The position numbers were made by a program, and so were the translations under genes. The notes beneath the pieces were generated by a model. It had not been told where the DNA came from. It saw only the letters and a program-made list of their open reading frames with translations, and searched no databases. Shown here in pieces: positions 37,501 to 50,859 of a DNA stretch of 64,000 nt; position 1 is the first letter of the stretch, and every line of letters begins with the position of its first letter. Source of the DNA: Octopus sinensis (Eukaryota); assembly GCF_006345805.1 (NCBI RefSeq), contig NC_043009.1, positions 15,438,001-15,502,000 of the forward strand, written 5' to 3'.

Positions 37501-38574
37501 TTTCTAATTGAAAGATACGAATATTATTTTTATAAAATTATGTGAGCTTAGGGGAAGATTTGGAGCGACAATGGAAATTGACCATAGTTTATTTGAATTG
37601 TAATAGAAGTCAGTTTCTGGCGAGGAAATCCTAATACTCCGGGCAATATTACAATTATTGTGAAGTTTCTAAATATGTCACACTCAAGAATTCGATTGCA
37701 ATCGATTTTATCTTTGACTGTATGTTGTGTTTATTCTTATAAATGCCTCGGTGATGGGCGTGAATGGACAAATAACTGGGGCTTAAAAATGACGTACAAA
37801 TTTACATTGCTATAGTAGTTAATGATGCCGTGAATGCACACCAGTAGCGCCACCCAATATTGTGCTCTTTCAAGCGTTCATTTAATACAAAAGAAGACTG
37901 TAATTTATGAATGCTGTATCACTCGATTCAGTTTCAAAACCGCCAATATCACAACCACTTTCATCTTCTCCCCAATCTGTCTCTCTCTCTCTCTCTTCCT
38001 GTGTGATTTTCTTTAGAGACTTTCCCTACGCTCAATATCTTTTCCACCAGGTCAGAAAGAGACACACAAGGAAAAATAATTTATGTCATAAGCTTCAATA
38101 ACATTCTCTCCTTAATAACGTGTCTCTGTTCCAGTATGTTTCCCATTCTGTATCTTAATATATCCACTTATTTCAGGCAGAGTCAGATAAGCAGAAAGAT
38201 AGATAGATTGGTGCTGCCACTCCATTTTACCTCCATTTTAATAAATGCGTAATAAGAATAAGTTTATTTGAGAAAATATTTTCATTTTCAGTTAAGTCTG
38301 GAAAAGTAATATTTTCCATAAACTTCTACTGCTAGGTTGTTTGATAAAGCACGAAGAAACCAAAGTATATTTCACTATTTTGTTCTTTCTGACTACGCAT
38401 TATGATATTTAATTGTTGAGTGAAATTTCATATATGCGAAAGTGATATATAAATACTGAATTGTTCGTAGAAAATTTACTTTACGTTAACACTAAGTATG
38501 GAAATTTTAATAAAACTTAGCTTCTATGTGTATCTCTCTTGCTCTCTCTCTCTCCCTCACACAGATGCACACAC

Positions 38575-38654
38575 TATCTATACATACATCTAACTATATA
38601 TCTATATCTATCTATTTATCTATCTATATATCTATTTATCTATCTATATATCTA

Positions 38655-38685
<31 letters not shown>

Positions 38686-38742
38686 TTATCTATATCTATC
38701 TATCTATCTATCTATCTATTTATCTATATCTATATATCTATA

Positions 38743-38798
<56 letters not shown>

Positions 38799-38826
38799 AA
38801 TCTATCTATCAATCTATCAATCTATA

Positions 38827-38889
<63 letters not shown>

Positions 38890-38910
38890 ATATATATATA
38901 TATATACATA
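38575..38910. repeat. (TATC)n tetranucleotide microsatellite
   Basis: Direct reading. Confidence 0.95.
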
Positions 38911-39100
38911 TATATAATCTTTCCGTATCACACAATTTTCTAGCGAGGCAGGAACGTTAGACAAGCTTGCTTATATTCCTTATTAATAATCCAGACGTAA
39001 TACAAACATATTGCACATAAACTGTCTTTTTCGATTATAACTGACATATCTAGTAAAGACATACAGCATATATTACAATTACGAATGCATTTTATTGACA

Positions 39101-39187
<87 letters not shown>

Positions 39188-40747
39188 ATACATATACATA
39201 AATTTCACATTCGGTTAAATTAATTAAAATTACTTCTACCAGTGAATGTATCAATCAATTTCATCTTTATTCCGTAAAGTGGTCCAACTTAATAGCAGAA
39301 AATAAGTATCCAGTATTATTTAAAATTCCCCAGCGAGTATTTAATCCAAACAATTTATTTGTACATATATAAAACATTCAACCAGACTTTCTATAATCAA
39401 CATCCCCATAAAACTCACCAACATATGTACTTACAACGAACATTGTGTTCTTTTCCATAATTTATTTGAGCGGATAATATTGCACCAGGTGTTCTAATGT
39501 TCTGGAATTAAAGCAGCTGCAAATTTGTGTTCAAGTCTGATATAATGAACTAACTTGCTCTAAGAAAACAAAATTTAAAGCAACAAATCATTCATTGATC
39601 ACAATTATATAAAATCATAATCATCTCCGACGTTTCAAACCGCATGGAAACTAAATAATATTAGTATAGAATTAAATATTATTCAATCGCACAGCTAAGA
39701 ATAACAGCAAAACTTCCAAACTTTAATTCTTTGGCGAACTTTACGCGTTGTAAATCCTGAAGTAACAAACAACATCAAAATAAAGTAAGATACCAGAAGG
39801 AATTAAAAGTAAATAATGCGATATTTATGGGCTTCTGACAAATGTAATGCAATATAATTTCAAATACACACACATGTAATTATATAGTAACATATGTGTG
39901 TGTGGGTGTGGTATGCGTGTCTGTGAATGTGTATGTATACATACATACATATATGAAAGCAAGCGTATATACATACATGTATACATACAAACATACAGAC
40001 ATACATATGAATTTGACAATCAAATATCTTTCATGAAATCCGAGAAATGCATATTAAATATCAAAGTAAATCCAGGACCAACAAAACAGGTACAGCTTTT
40101 GCAATTAAGTGAAGCATGCGACTACAACATGGATTACCAGCTCTAATGATTATTTATCTTTACATACTCAGTGTTTGTCAGAATCTAATTCTGTAAAATC
40201 ATTACGTATTGACTCGTGGAAGAATTAATAATGTTGGCAGATGGGAAACATTAGAAGTCCTTAGTCTTCATTCACTACGTAGCTATAATATTCTGATATC
40301 TCAACACAAATTCCTTCAAATTTCAGTCAGTGTGAGTGAAATTTGAGACAAAGTGAATTAATCAAATGAAACCTATTAACTGAGTGATGACTGAGATTTG
40401 CACTCCAAATATAAAGAGTTAGATCACACCTGGCATCACAGATGATTGGACTCATTCTGCCAACTAGAAACCAATCACAGTAAACAAACAAACGAAGTTT
40501 GCTTTAGAAGCGTTGAGAGCTAGGAAAGTTAAAGAAGTGATTTTTTAAATTCTCAAACACAGGATAATGCTAATAATATAGCCCGAACAAGAGAAACTAT
40601 CCCTAATTTGTAGAAAAAAATGTAAATAATGTAAACAATTTATTGAAGCAGTCCCATTACAGCGTGTGGCTTTACTTTTAGTTATAACCCTTGATGTAAT
40701 AATTATATAAAAATAATATATGTATATACATATGTATACATATATAT

Positions 40748-40796
<49 letters not shown>

Positions 40797-40829
40797 ATAT
40801 ATATACATGGATGTATCTACTATATATAT

Positions 40830-41738
40830 ATACATGGACGTATCTTCTATCTACTGGGGCTCAACTCCGGATGACAAGTCACAAATCCAAGCCCTCATCA
40901 AACTCTTCCCACAATAAGTGGGAAGAAACGAAATTTCATTACCCTCCAGGGGCTGACTTGCAAATTCATGAGCCACTTCTGGGGAGTCAAACAGCAACCA
41001 CATGGTTGCGTATTTGAACCCCTAGTGATAAACTTAATTGCTGGCTTAAATTCTGCCAGCTCTCTTTAAATTTCTGAAAACGGCAATGGCATCGAGGGTC
41101 CTAGAGTAGGTCCTCAAAACCAACGTCTTACTTACTTTCAAGTTCTTTTAACCATTTTTGGGTAGTGTAATTTCCCACTCCACCAACTTTTCATTGTTAT
41201 TTGCCATGTTTTTTAAAGAGTCCAAAAATACTGTTGTTAAAATAAAAAAATAAAGAAAAAAGGAAGAGGAAAAAGTCCAAAGAAAAGGCAGGAGAGAAAA
41301 AATTAACAGTTCAATCAAGAGGTTTTTTTAAAAATAAAAGATAGAAGAGAGAGCAACAGTTCAAAACATAGCAAAGGCCACTTGATACTCCAGTTTTAAC
41401 ACAATTGTAAAACAGTTAAAAATCATTCCAATTTTCTTCTAGGTACTCCTTGACAGGAACAATATTGTTGAAACACTATTTTGAAACAAAAAACAATTGG
41501 GGAAGGATATGCCCACCAAACCAATAATTTTCACAATTAAGTGAATAATATTTTCGTTCAGCCTCAAGCAGACTAGAGTCTAGTGAGGACCTCTTGCTTG
41601 TAAAATAATCTGCGACATACAACAAGTTCTCACTAGACAAAAGGAAATCTTACCTTACAGCGGAGTTTAAGACGGCTTCAAAAGCGCGTCTTACCGTTTC
41701 GATATCAAACACAATTCTATCTTGCTCGTGCGCAATGA
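40830..41738 (-). mobile_element. Second, diverged Tx1 element: 5'UTR plus ORF1 N-terminus only
   Basis: ATG at 41205-41207. Decayed translation ...ATMWLLFDSPEVAHEFASQPLEGNEISFLPTYCGKSLMRAWICDLSSGVEP aligns with GTVDVRFSGEEMACGHSVNPLKTKEVVLFPSYRGRRTSRVRIVEAPPEVDP of ORF1 at 13249. Shares a 5'UTR motif with the full element. Confidence 0.8.
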
Positions 41739-41775
41739 GGTAAGCAAACTACTTACCACACAGTTACTCCTGCGC
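41739..41775 (-). mobile_element. SINE family 1 A-box half-head abutting the second Tx1 5' end
   Basis: ggtaagcaaactacttaccacacagttactcctgcgc, with no B-box or body on the other side. Confidence 0.8.
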
Positions 41776-41899
41776 TTATATATAACATATATATATATAC
41801 ATATATATACATGCATACATGTACTTTTATACATATATATATATATATATATAAGCAATAATAAATCTCAGAGCGAGTTATAAACAGTAGCTACAACAT

Positions 41900-42063
41900 A
41901 TATGGCTAACCCCTAAGGGTGGATGCTACTGGAGCTTGTAGCCCCAGGAGGACACCTCCTCCAGTTGGCCATAGACACACTTTCTGTGCCCTATCAGTGT
42001 GGAGGTGGTATCCTCCTGCGACTTCAAACTACAGTAGCATCCACCCTTAGGGGTTAGCCATAT
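41900..42063. mobile_element. MITE-like element, 164 bp, perfect 32-bp terminal inverted repeats
   Basis: atatggctaacccctaagggtggatgctactg (41900-41931) and its exact reverse complement (42032-42063). Ends in TA/ATAT. Confidence 0.85.
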
Positions 42064-42089
42064 TTAAATGGCAAATATACGTCACTATA

Positions 42090-42120
<31 letters not shown>

Positions 42121-43559
42121 CAATATACACATCAGATCTCAAATGTGTTTAACTGACAGTTGAGTTCTGAACGGAAATAATATAACAACCAATTAATGAT
42201 GTGGATTAATAAAAATAAACAAGCTACAGAATATCAGTTCGCCAGGCAACTCGTGATGTTTAAGATCATGCAGTTTTATCAAAAAGGTATCGTAAAAATG
42301 CTGCTGGTTGGAGCCTTCTAACTATTTGTTAAACGCATTTGGAATCAGATGAGTACGCTATGTATGAAAGCGCTAATTTTGTTAAAATGGCATAATAAAA
42401 AAAACGTAAAATCCAGACTATGTTTTAACTTTATTCAACTGATATATCATTCTGTACACATTCACATGACTGAAACAACTAAAAGAACAAAAGAATATAT
42501 ATATATATATATAATATATATATATATATAATATATATATATATATGTACATGTGCACATACATGCATCTTTTTATATAGTTTTCATTGAAATAGGCACA
42601 AGTTGCAAAGTAACCTGAAGAGCGTGAAATTTATCAAACATGGCACCTACCAAACTGCGTCAGAGTCTGGGAGTCTACATAATTTACAATAATAATTATC
42701 TCTGGATTGTTCGAGGAAAAAATATAATTGGAGGGTCACCTGAATAATGTATATTTCCACAGAACTCTGCCCCTTAAGTAGTTCAATAGATGGATTAATG
42801 CCAATAAATAAATAGATAAGTTAAAGTAAATAATTCAATGACTTAATAGAAGAAACCTCACGTTAACTCATACACATAAAGAAATATATAGAGAGAGAAA
42901 TAAGCACACACACACATACACACACATATCCTCACACACAAACACACATACACAAATAGCAATAACATGTATGTATGCTCTTTACACTTTTTTCACTCTT
43001 TGAAAAAAAAAAAAAACATTTTCCACAGGAGACAAATGATGGGTATGCTTAGAAACGACTATCATTCCTCTGAGCAGGAAATCTCTTTTGTTCTCTGTCT
43101 CTACCACATACACCAAACGCACACGCACACACACACGCACACACATACAAACAAACAACACACTCACAAGCACACACATACGCACACAAACACACACATA
43201 ATGTATAATATATATTATATTATATATGTATATGTGTGTGTGTATCTGTGTATATATACACATATATAGTTTTTGACCTTAAATCTATTCATTTATCGAT
43301 ATACATCTATTATATAAACATAAAAGAAACGGTGAAAGCTATTTTCTGTGCAGGCTCTCACTTCAATCATAGTAATACATATGAATACATAAATATATGG
43401 TCATACATGTTTATTATATAGTTGCATATACAACTGTACAGAGACACACAAATATACACAAAAAAATACACACGTGTGAGTGTAGATCTACGAATGTTTG
43501 CTATTTTGTGCTTTTGACGATATTTGCAGATTAAAATGTTTTGCGGATTAAATAGACAT

Positions 43560-44560
43560 TATCGTTCCCATGAGCTCAATTTTCTTTTAATTTCTTCTAT
43601 TTTGGGATTTCCTAGTATCTGAGTTAAGTAGCAATTATCTCCTTTTGCCGCTATTCGTAAGGCACATATGACACTAGGTATTGCTTTAGTTTTAAGGTTA
43701 CACATTTTGCCAATTTCTATTTCAAGGTCTTTGTTTTGTTTTTTTGGTAGGTCTTCATAAATATCTTTACGTCGATCTGGGCGGTCATATCCATACGTGG
43801 GCAGGATTTTTGTCTGAAATCCTTCCGTGTAATGTCTGGCCCATTTGCATCTATCTTATCTATCTTTCTGTCAGTTTGAACAGTAATGTTCCAAAGGAGT
43901 GAGATGTGATCATATTCAAGGACTGAAGGTGGTTTGTATTTACACCAGATTTTATCGTGGGGCAGGTCCAGGCCTATGCAAATTACCCAATGAATATACT
44001 GTTACGCTATGCCATGCCTGTTGAGATACTCTGTAGGTATAAGAAGGCTGAACATGATCGATGGTTTCATTTCGTTGTTTGCATACACAAATTTCTCTAC
44101 TGCTGTCTTTTAAGATGTTGGTCTGGTAGATATGATAAACCCTTCTATCTCTGATTTTAAGCAAGAAGACACTAGACATTCATAGGTAAGTGCTTTGTCC
44201 ACATCAGCATTATTGGCTCTCTTTGGGAATTTGCCATTGAGAGGTTTTTCTTGCAATTTATCAGAATATCTAAGGCAGCAGCTTTACCAAGGGCTTTCAT
44301 ACGCTTAGCTTTTTCTGTACTTGTTTCCAGTACGTCTGATTCTGAGATTTGTTGTATTTGGAAATCACTTAGATAATTCTTTGCCTGATTTATTACTGAG
44401 TATGCGGTTTTCTTGTTTTAGTATCCCCTCATCAGTGTTTCGAGTAATTGTTTCGGCCAATTGTGCCAATATCCATTGTCAATTCAAGTTGTAAGTGCCT
44501 ATGGCCACCCCACTTTCTTGTAAACAATTTAAGTGGGTGGTTTCTGTCAAGCTTACATAT
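43560..44560 (-). mobile_element. R4/Dong-type (restriction-like endonuclease) non-LTR retrotransposon C-terminal fragment
   Basis: Decayed translation HGKFPKR..DVDKALT..LKSEIEG; ICVCKQRNETIDHV (zinc knuckle); LLWNITVQTDRKI..NGPDIT.KD (PD motif); KDLEIEIGKMCNLKTKAIPSVICAL. Confidence 0.85.
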
Positions 44561-45689
44561 TTCAGTAACTGTTAATAATATTGAACCTGTAAGTCCTGAC
44601 TTGTATGTCTAAATTATTGTTTCTTGCGTTCAGTTATATATTTATATATAAGGTTGTGGCGGTTCGTGCGGGCTCTGCTTATCTGAAGCATTCCTTATTA
44701 ATAAAATTAAATCAAATATTATTAATCGGCGTAATGAATGGATTGTAAGATGACGTCGCCTTAAATATAAATCATTCCTCCTTTATAACTATAACTAACC
44801 CCACACTACATTATTATATCTACACTTATAAATTTTATTACCTGGCATAATATTATCAAACGATTTCCTACCGAAGTTAGCTATAATTTAGTCCGAACTT
44901 GGCAATAGATAACGTATTATATCCTATTCAAGCATTCTGCTATTTGTAAGGTTATTTATTATCCATTAACGTCAGCGCCCTAACACAAATCGTCCATGTA
45001 TGCTAGCAAGTTATCAACCTTAGTTAACAGTAATTTTGGCCTACCTTTGTAACGGATAATGCATTTGACCGCATTCATTTATTCTGCTAAATTCTTCTCT
45101 AGTATATTTAGTGCATGAAACATTTTGAAAACATTCTTTAAATGAATATCTTATAACGACGGCATAATTCTAGTATTCTACACATTGAAACATGTATATC
45201 CTCCTCATTACATCTTTCTTAGATATCATGTCCTTTTTATAGAATTATAGACCGATTATATGCTTATATTCATTAGCTTCTATATGAACCTGTATACATT
45301 TTGGTTCTATTAAGATATGTATAATTATGTATTCCTATTTTGTGTATACCTGTGCATATATATATATGGGGGTATATATGCTTGTGTTCTACTATGTTTA
45401 CATGCATACACATAAATGCATGTATGTGTCTGTGTTTGTGTGTCTGTGTCTGTGTGTGTGTCCATAAATTGTTAAGTCAATGGATGTATATTAACAACTG
45501 TATATAAACAGACTTGAGTTTCTATTATATATTGATCTCTGTCCTTATGTTCACCTATATCTATCATCTATGCTTATCTAAGTGTACATATGTATGTATA
45601 TATGTATAAACATGTATATAGATATTGTACATATATATATTTATATATATATTTATAAAGTGATCTCAAGAAAGTTGGCGGAGTTACGT

Positions 45690-46080
45690 TCATTTTATAT
45701 AGAGATTGGATAGTCCTAGTTTCTTAAAGATTTTTTCAAATCTTTTCTGGTATTTCTCTATCTGCATATTAGAGGAGTTGTCTAGGGTGAAACGTGTATC
45801 ACCCATGTATGGCCCCCCTCCCAAATCAGGGAATCCTTTGCTTAAGCTGAACATTAAATATATCCCTACTAAGTCTGTAACTTGTGCGGAGTCTGTTGAT
45901 TCCATAGTAATATGAAAGCTTTCATTTTTATCCTTTCCAAACCAGTACTTATCTTCAAATTTTATAATAGATTTTCTAGCTACTAAAATCACATTAATTT
46001 CTTCCCTGGTTAGTTCCGAGTTTTTCTAGTAAATATAACTGCTTTGTTAAGTAGGATAGCGTCTATAGACGAGTTATTTG
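45690..46080 (-). mobile_element. Penelope-like RT fragment
   Basis: SFHITMESTDSAQVTDLVGIYLM...PYMGD is homologous to the MGSYDGAEVCELVG..YRDD block and to 20622..20969. Confidence 0.8.
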
Positions 46081-46299
46081 TATCAATTGTATAAATCATT
46101 ATTTGCATTATCTACATTTCAGCATGAGCCATTATTCCTTCCTTTTTCCTTAAAACCAAACAGGATGAGAAACATACGTCAAATGTAAATAATGTAAGCA
46201 ATGTACATAATATCTCATCTCTTAAATATAGAATTATATAAATAATTTCACACTTCTTTTTTTGTTATTGAAGTTATTAAACAAGTTGATAACTTCATT

Positions 46300-47150
46300 T
46301 GCGCTAGATCAGAGTTTTAGTTTAACTCCTTGGTGATGGTATATACTTATCCATAATTAGTTTACTTGTCAGCCTCACACTGGGGTTAGTTGTGAAGTTG
46401 GGTTAATGGTCTTCAGAAGTCCGCTTGATTTTGGGGATCAGGCGAGACTAAGGTTAAAACACTCAGATGCTTTTAAAAAATTATTAAATTACAGAAGTCG
46501 AATGATGGACGAACAAAAAGACAAAACAAATGAGGTGGTGAAAAGGGTTTTTGCTCCGACCTCACGAGCCCCCTTCCACCACCGATGCTCGTAATAACGC
46601 CCATAGCATATTCCCGTGGTTTCCTTCACACTCAACACCTGTGCCGCACGCATCCATCTGTCCTTGAGCATTTTCTCCGACTGGCATCTCCTGTCTAGCC
46701 CCACTTTCGTTTTCAGATGAAAAGCGAAATATCTCAGCAACCCGGGACCAGAGATGAAATTACCTGTCACCAATCCTTTCATTGGCGACTTCCATATCAC
46801 CTCTCTCACGATTTCTACTACCATGAGAAAACAATTCATACCTTCGAAAAACAGGTAAGTCAATTTTTAGAATTGACTCAAACGACAGCTGTACTCTTCT
46901 TGTATCGGACAACAGGTGTTCTGCATGAACTCACACTTCTGACACCTACGGACACTGGAAAATAGCTTGCAGGAAGAAAACTTTCCAAAAATCATTTGCT
47001 CAACACCGTGCAGCAAAAGTTTTTTTTTTTCAAACACAGCAATAATACCAAGTCCTCTTGCGCGGCTGAATTGAAACAATTTGCTTTCAAACAAGCAATA
47101 ACAGTTCTTTCGTCAAACAACAAATAATTCACAAATAATTTTAACGACTA
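46300..47150 (-). mobile_element. Third Tx1 remnant: ORF2 C-terminus and 3'UTR, internally deleted
   Basis: ORF 46489..46863 CFLMVVEIVREVIWKSPMKGLVTGNFISGPGLLRYFAFHLKTKVGLDRRC aligns with CFFCVVAILKETVWKTRTKGIVTGTFVSGQGLINFFSYHLSSKIRLEKRC of the full element. Confidence 0.85.
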
Positions 47151-47951
47151 GCACAGATGCTAACCTCAAACACAGTCACGTAAATACAATTCAAAGAGAC
47201 AATGCAATGGAAAAGACCTTCGTGGACAGAAAATTCACGTAATTTATTTCTCCATTGTAGCTATAAAAACATAATAAAATTTTCATGGCAAAACATGTCA
47301 TTTAAATTTTTCATTTTAATATTCACCTCGTAGAGTGTGATTAAAATCACACACGTAAAATTAGTGCTAAATTTGGATAAACTTATTTCGAACTCGAATG
47401 CTCATGTGTGAATATTAATGCTCGAAAAGATGCTTCCGATTAATTTGAATGTTCTCGATGGGCATTTTAATTTGAATGATGCAAATGCTAAATTCTTTGA
47501 CCGAAGTGCAGAAATTGAATAATCCAAAAGCGAATTTGGGTCACTAACCTCATGGCGCTAAATTATTTTCGTGATTTTCAATGATCTGATTACAAATTGA
47601 ATAACAAACGAATGAAACTGACTGCAAAACCCTATATTTTCACTCTAGTGACACAGCTGTATCTTACTGTAATCATTGAATCACCTTCAGAGCATGAAAT
47701 AAATTTATTAAATGTAATGTAGTCTGCTTATTATGTGTTCATCTAAATATATACTCATTTATTCATTTACGTGTTTCAGTCATTTGACTGCAGTCATACT
47801 GGAGCAGCGCCTTTAGTTGGACGAATCAACACCAGGTTTTATTCTTTGTAAGACTAGTACTTATTCTATCGTCTCTTTTGCCGAACCGCTAGTTCACTGG
47901 GATGTAAACACCCCAATATCGGTTGTCAAGCAAAGGTGGGAGACAGCACTG

Positions 47952-47990
<39 letters not shown>

Positions 47991-48052
47991 TAAAAACAGT
48001 AAGATAACAAAAGAAAGAAAGAGACCTCAATATTATGTAAATAGAGGAAATT

Positions 48053-48133
48053 TATCTGTAAAATAGTATGTGACAATTATTCAATAGCCAAGATAAAACT
48101 ATATATATAACTATATATGAAAACTATATATAA

Positions 48134-48167
<34 letters not shown>

Positions 48168-48266
48168 ATGGCCGAAGAGATAGTGTTGTGGATTTCCACC
48201 TCGGCATCCGAAACTCAGAGTTTTATCTTGGCTATTGAATAATTGTTACATATTATTTTACATATA
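48053..48266. repeat. Inverted repeat, 48-bp arms (3 mismatches), 118-bp spacer
   Basis: tatctgtaaaatagtatgtgacaattattcaatagccaagataaaact (48053-48100) versus 48219-48266. Confidence 0.93.
48165..48229 (+). ncRNA. Hammerhead-like motif (family B)
   Basis: AAGAUGG-CCGAAGA-GAU...GUGG(AUUU)CCAC...AUC-C-GAA-ACUC(A)GAGU-U-UUAUCUU: stem I 7 bp (2 G.U), interrupted stem II, near-palindromic helix III, GUU triplet. Confidence 0.55.
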
Positions 48267-48709
48267 TATGTATATATATATATTTCAGTTTCTGTCTACC
48301 GAATCTACTCACAAGGCTTTGGTCAGTCCGAGGCTATATTAGAAGACACTTTATCAAGGTGCGGCGCAGTAGTTGAGAAGCAAGCGTCTTACCACACAGC
48401 CACGCTTGGGACTATATATATTTTTAAATATAATTAATTTTAGATCGATTTATTTTTGATCGAATTGATTTTATTATTATTATCTATTTGAAAATATAGC
48501 CACGAATCGCGCGTAGTCTATTTACTTTTTATGTTTATGTACTCTATTGATTTTTAGTATAATGTTTTCTTTAGTATATTGAAGTTTTTCTATATGGTGT
48601 GAGTAACGTCTTTCACATATAAATTATTTAATAGAGGTTTTTCTCTAAAGTAGGAATAAACAGTTATGGTATCAACTTCATTATTTGTTTCATTGTTTGT
48701 TTTAATTGT

Positions 48710-48885
48710 TTCAATCATTAGAATGCGGCCATGCTGGGGTACCTCGAAATTTTAGTCGAATGAATCGGCCTAAGGACTTATGTTTTAAGCCTGGTATCTA
48801 TACCCTCGGAACGGAAACACACCAACACGGTATGCCTAACGGTGGCGGGGGGGGGGGGTAGAAACACAGACACAAAAACTTAGAT
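48710..48885 (-). mobile_element. Degenerate SINE family 1 3' fragment
   Basis: gtttcaatcattagaatgcggccatgctgggg...tttagtcgaatgaatcg...aaacacagacac. Confidence 0.55.
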
Positions 48886-49062
48886 GAATATCCCTTATTT
48901 AATAGACCTGTGCCCGTGTGTGTATGTTCACTTTTCACACGAAAATGGATGCGCGAATTGCTCCCATACTTGCAATGCATGAATAATTTGACCTTGGATA
49001 CATTATAGGGTCTTCAGTTTATTTTTTATTAAAAATATATAATATTGCCTTACATGTATATA

Positions 49063-49131
<69 letters not shown>

Positions 49132-49207
49132 GGTCCCGGGTTGATTCGGGGTTAACCACAGTAAATAAGGTACTCAATACATAGCAGAGTAAAATTTATT
49201 TATTTAT

Positions 49208-49317
49208 TATATAGAAGGAGCTTCTACAGGACTAGAACTGTTTCATTCAAGAGAAATCATCAGCTTCCTGATGATTTCTCTTGAATGAAACAGTTCTAGT
49301 CCTGTAGAAGCTCCTTC

Positions 49318-49323
<6 letters not shown>
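49208..49323. repeat. Perfect palindrome: 56-bp arms, 4-nt loop
   Basis: 49208-49263 is the exact reverse complement of 49268-49323; loop is cttc. Confidence 0.97.
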
Positions 49324-49374
<51 letters not shown>

Positions 49375-49402
49375 ATATATATATATATATATATATATAT
49401 TA

Positions 49403-49434
<32 letters not shown>

Positions 49435-50370
49435 ATGTATGTATGTATGTATGATTCACTTCTGTAAAATGTTTTCTCGGTGTCAACTTCCGGTATTGAC
49501 GTAGCTACGGCGAAATTTTCCGCTTTCACTTGCAAAGTCTCACAATCTTTATCTTGATGCGTTCATTTCACGTTTTAATTCGCTGTTTCCAAACAACTAG
49601 GATAAATTAGTGAAAGAAATATTTACCAAGTTCAAGAATTTAAATATTCGCTACAAGATAGTTTTTGACGAACTTTAAAATTATACGAATTTTTCATTTC
49701 ATGTTTATCTCATTCATTTTATGCAATGTTCTCTCTCTCCTTCTCTCTCTCTCTCCTTCTCTCTCTCCTTCTCTCTCTCTCCTTCTCTCTCTCTCTCTCC
49801 TTCTCTCTCTCTCTCTTTCTCACGCACACACACACATATACACATACACACTTTCTCTCTAATATAAATTCACACGCACACATACTCCACGTTTGATTTT
49901 GGCATTACACAAATATCACATTAACAATTGCAATTCAACATAGGGTGTTCAAAAAGATATGGGCTTTCTTTTATTTCAACCCGCACATTTCGTTAATTTC
50001 CATAAAACATTTTTAATTTTTTACCACCTTGTGCACCGTGTTCAACTCTAAGTATTTGTAGTCAGTCACACAAGCAACGTATAATTTACTGTGAACGTTT
50101 GTATACATTTCTGCATGTATGTGTGAAAGACAGTGAGTGAAGGGGGTGTTGTTACGTATATGTACATACAAAAATACATAGGCATACATCATATTTGTAT
50201 GTATGTGTGCGTGCGTGAGAGAGAGAGACAGAAAGAGAGAGTGCGAGTGATGTCTCAGTGGCGCTCTCTCTCTGCCTCTCTCTCTCTCTCTCTCTCAGAC
50301 ACACACGAACACATACATAAAAAGATGTATGCATATTCATTTATGCATGTACGTATACATGACCACACAC

Positions 50371-50406
<36 letters not shown>

Positions 50407-50775
50407 TTGCACACATCCATTTCATCTGACGTTTGATACTGTATGTGCGCGTGAGAGTGCATGTGCGCGCGAGCGCGGTGCGTGGGGTGTCCTACATTCG
50501 CCATTTATTTCAATCACTCTTGTGAAGATATTCACATAAGTCAGTCATTTTTTCATTTAATCACCATTTTAATTCTCAAAAACATTTTCGAGAACAATGA
50601 TCTCACGTATTCATCTATGCTACGGAAATATATATATATATATATATATATAAGTAAAACATAATATAATGAATAGCGATAGCGAAACCGGTCGACATAT
50701 TAAAAATTATATTAAAACTATGTAAGTGTGCGTAATTTCCTTTTTTAATTTCTTATATATATATTATATATATAT

Positions 50776-50839
<64 letters not shown>

Positions 50840-50859
50840 TTTCAGTAGCATAGATGAAT

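Larger units (their letters stand above)
47770..48405 (-). mobile_element. SINE family 1 copy interrupted in its internal microsatellite by an inverted pair of PLE-like termini
   Basis: 3' half at 47770-47955 (ttcagtcatttgactgcagtcatactggagc...), 5' half at 48283-48405 (tttcagtttctgtctaccgaatctactc...ttaccacacagccac), with foreign sequence 47988-48266 between them. Confidence 0.8.
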
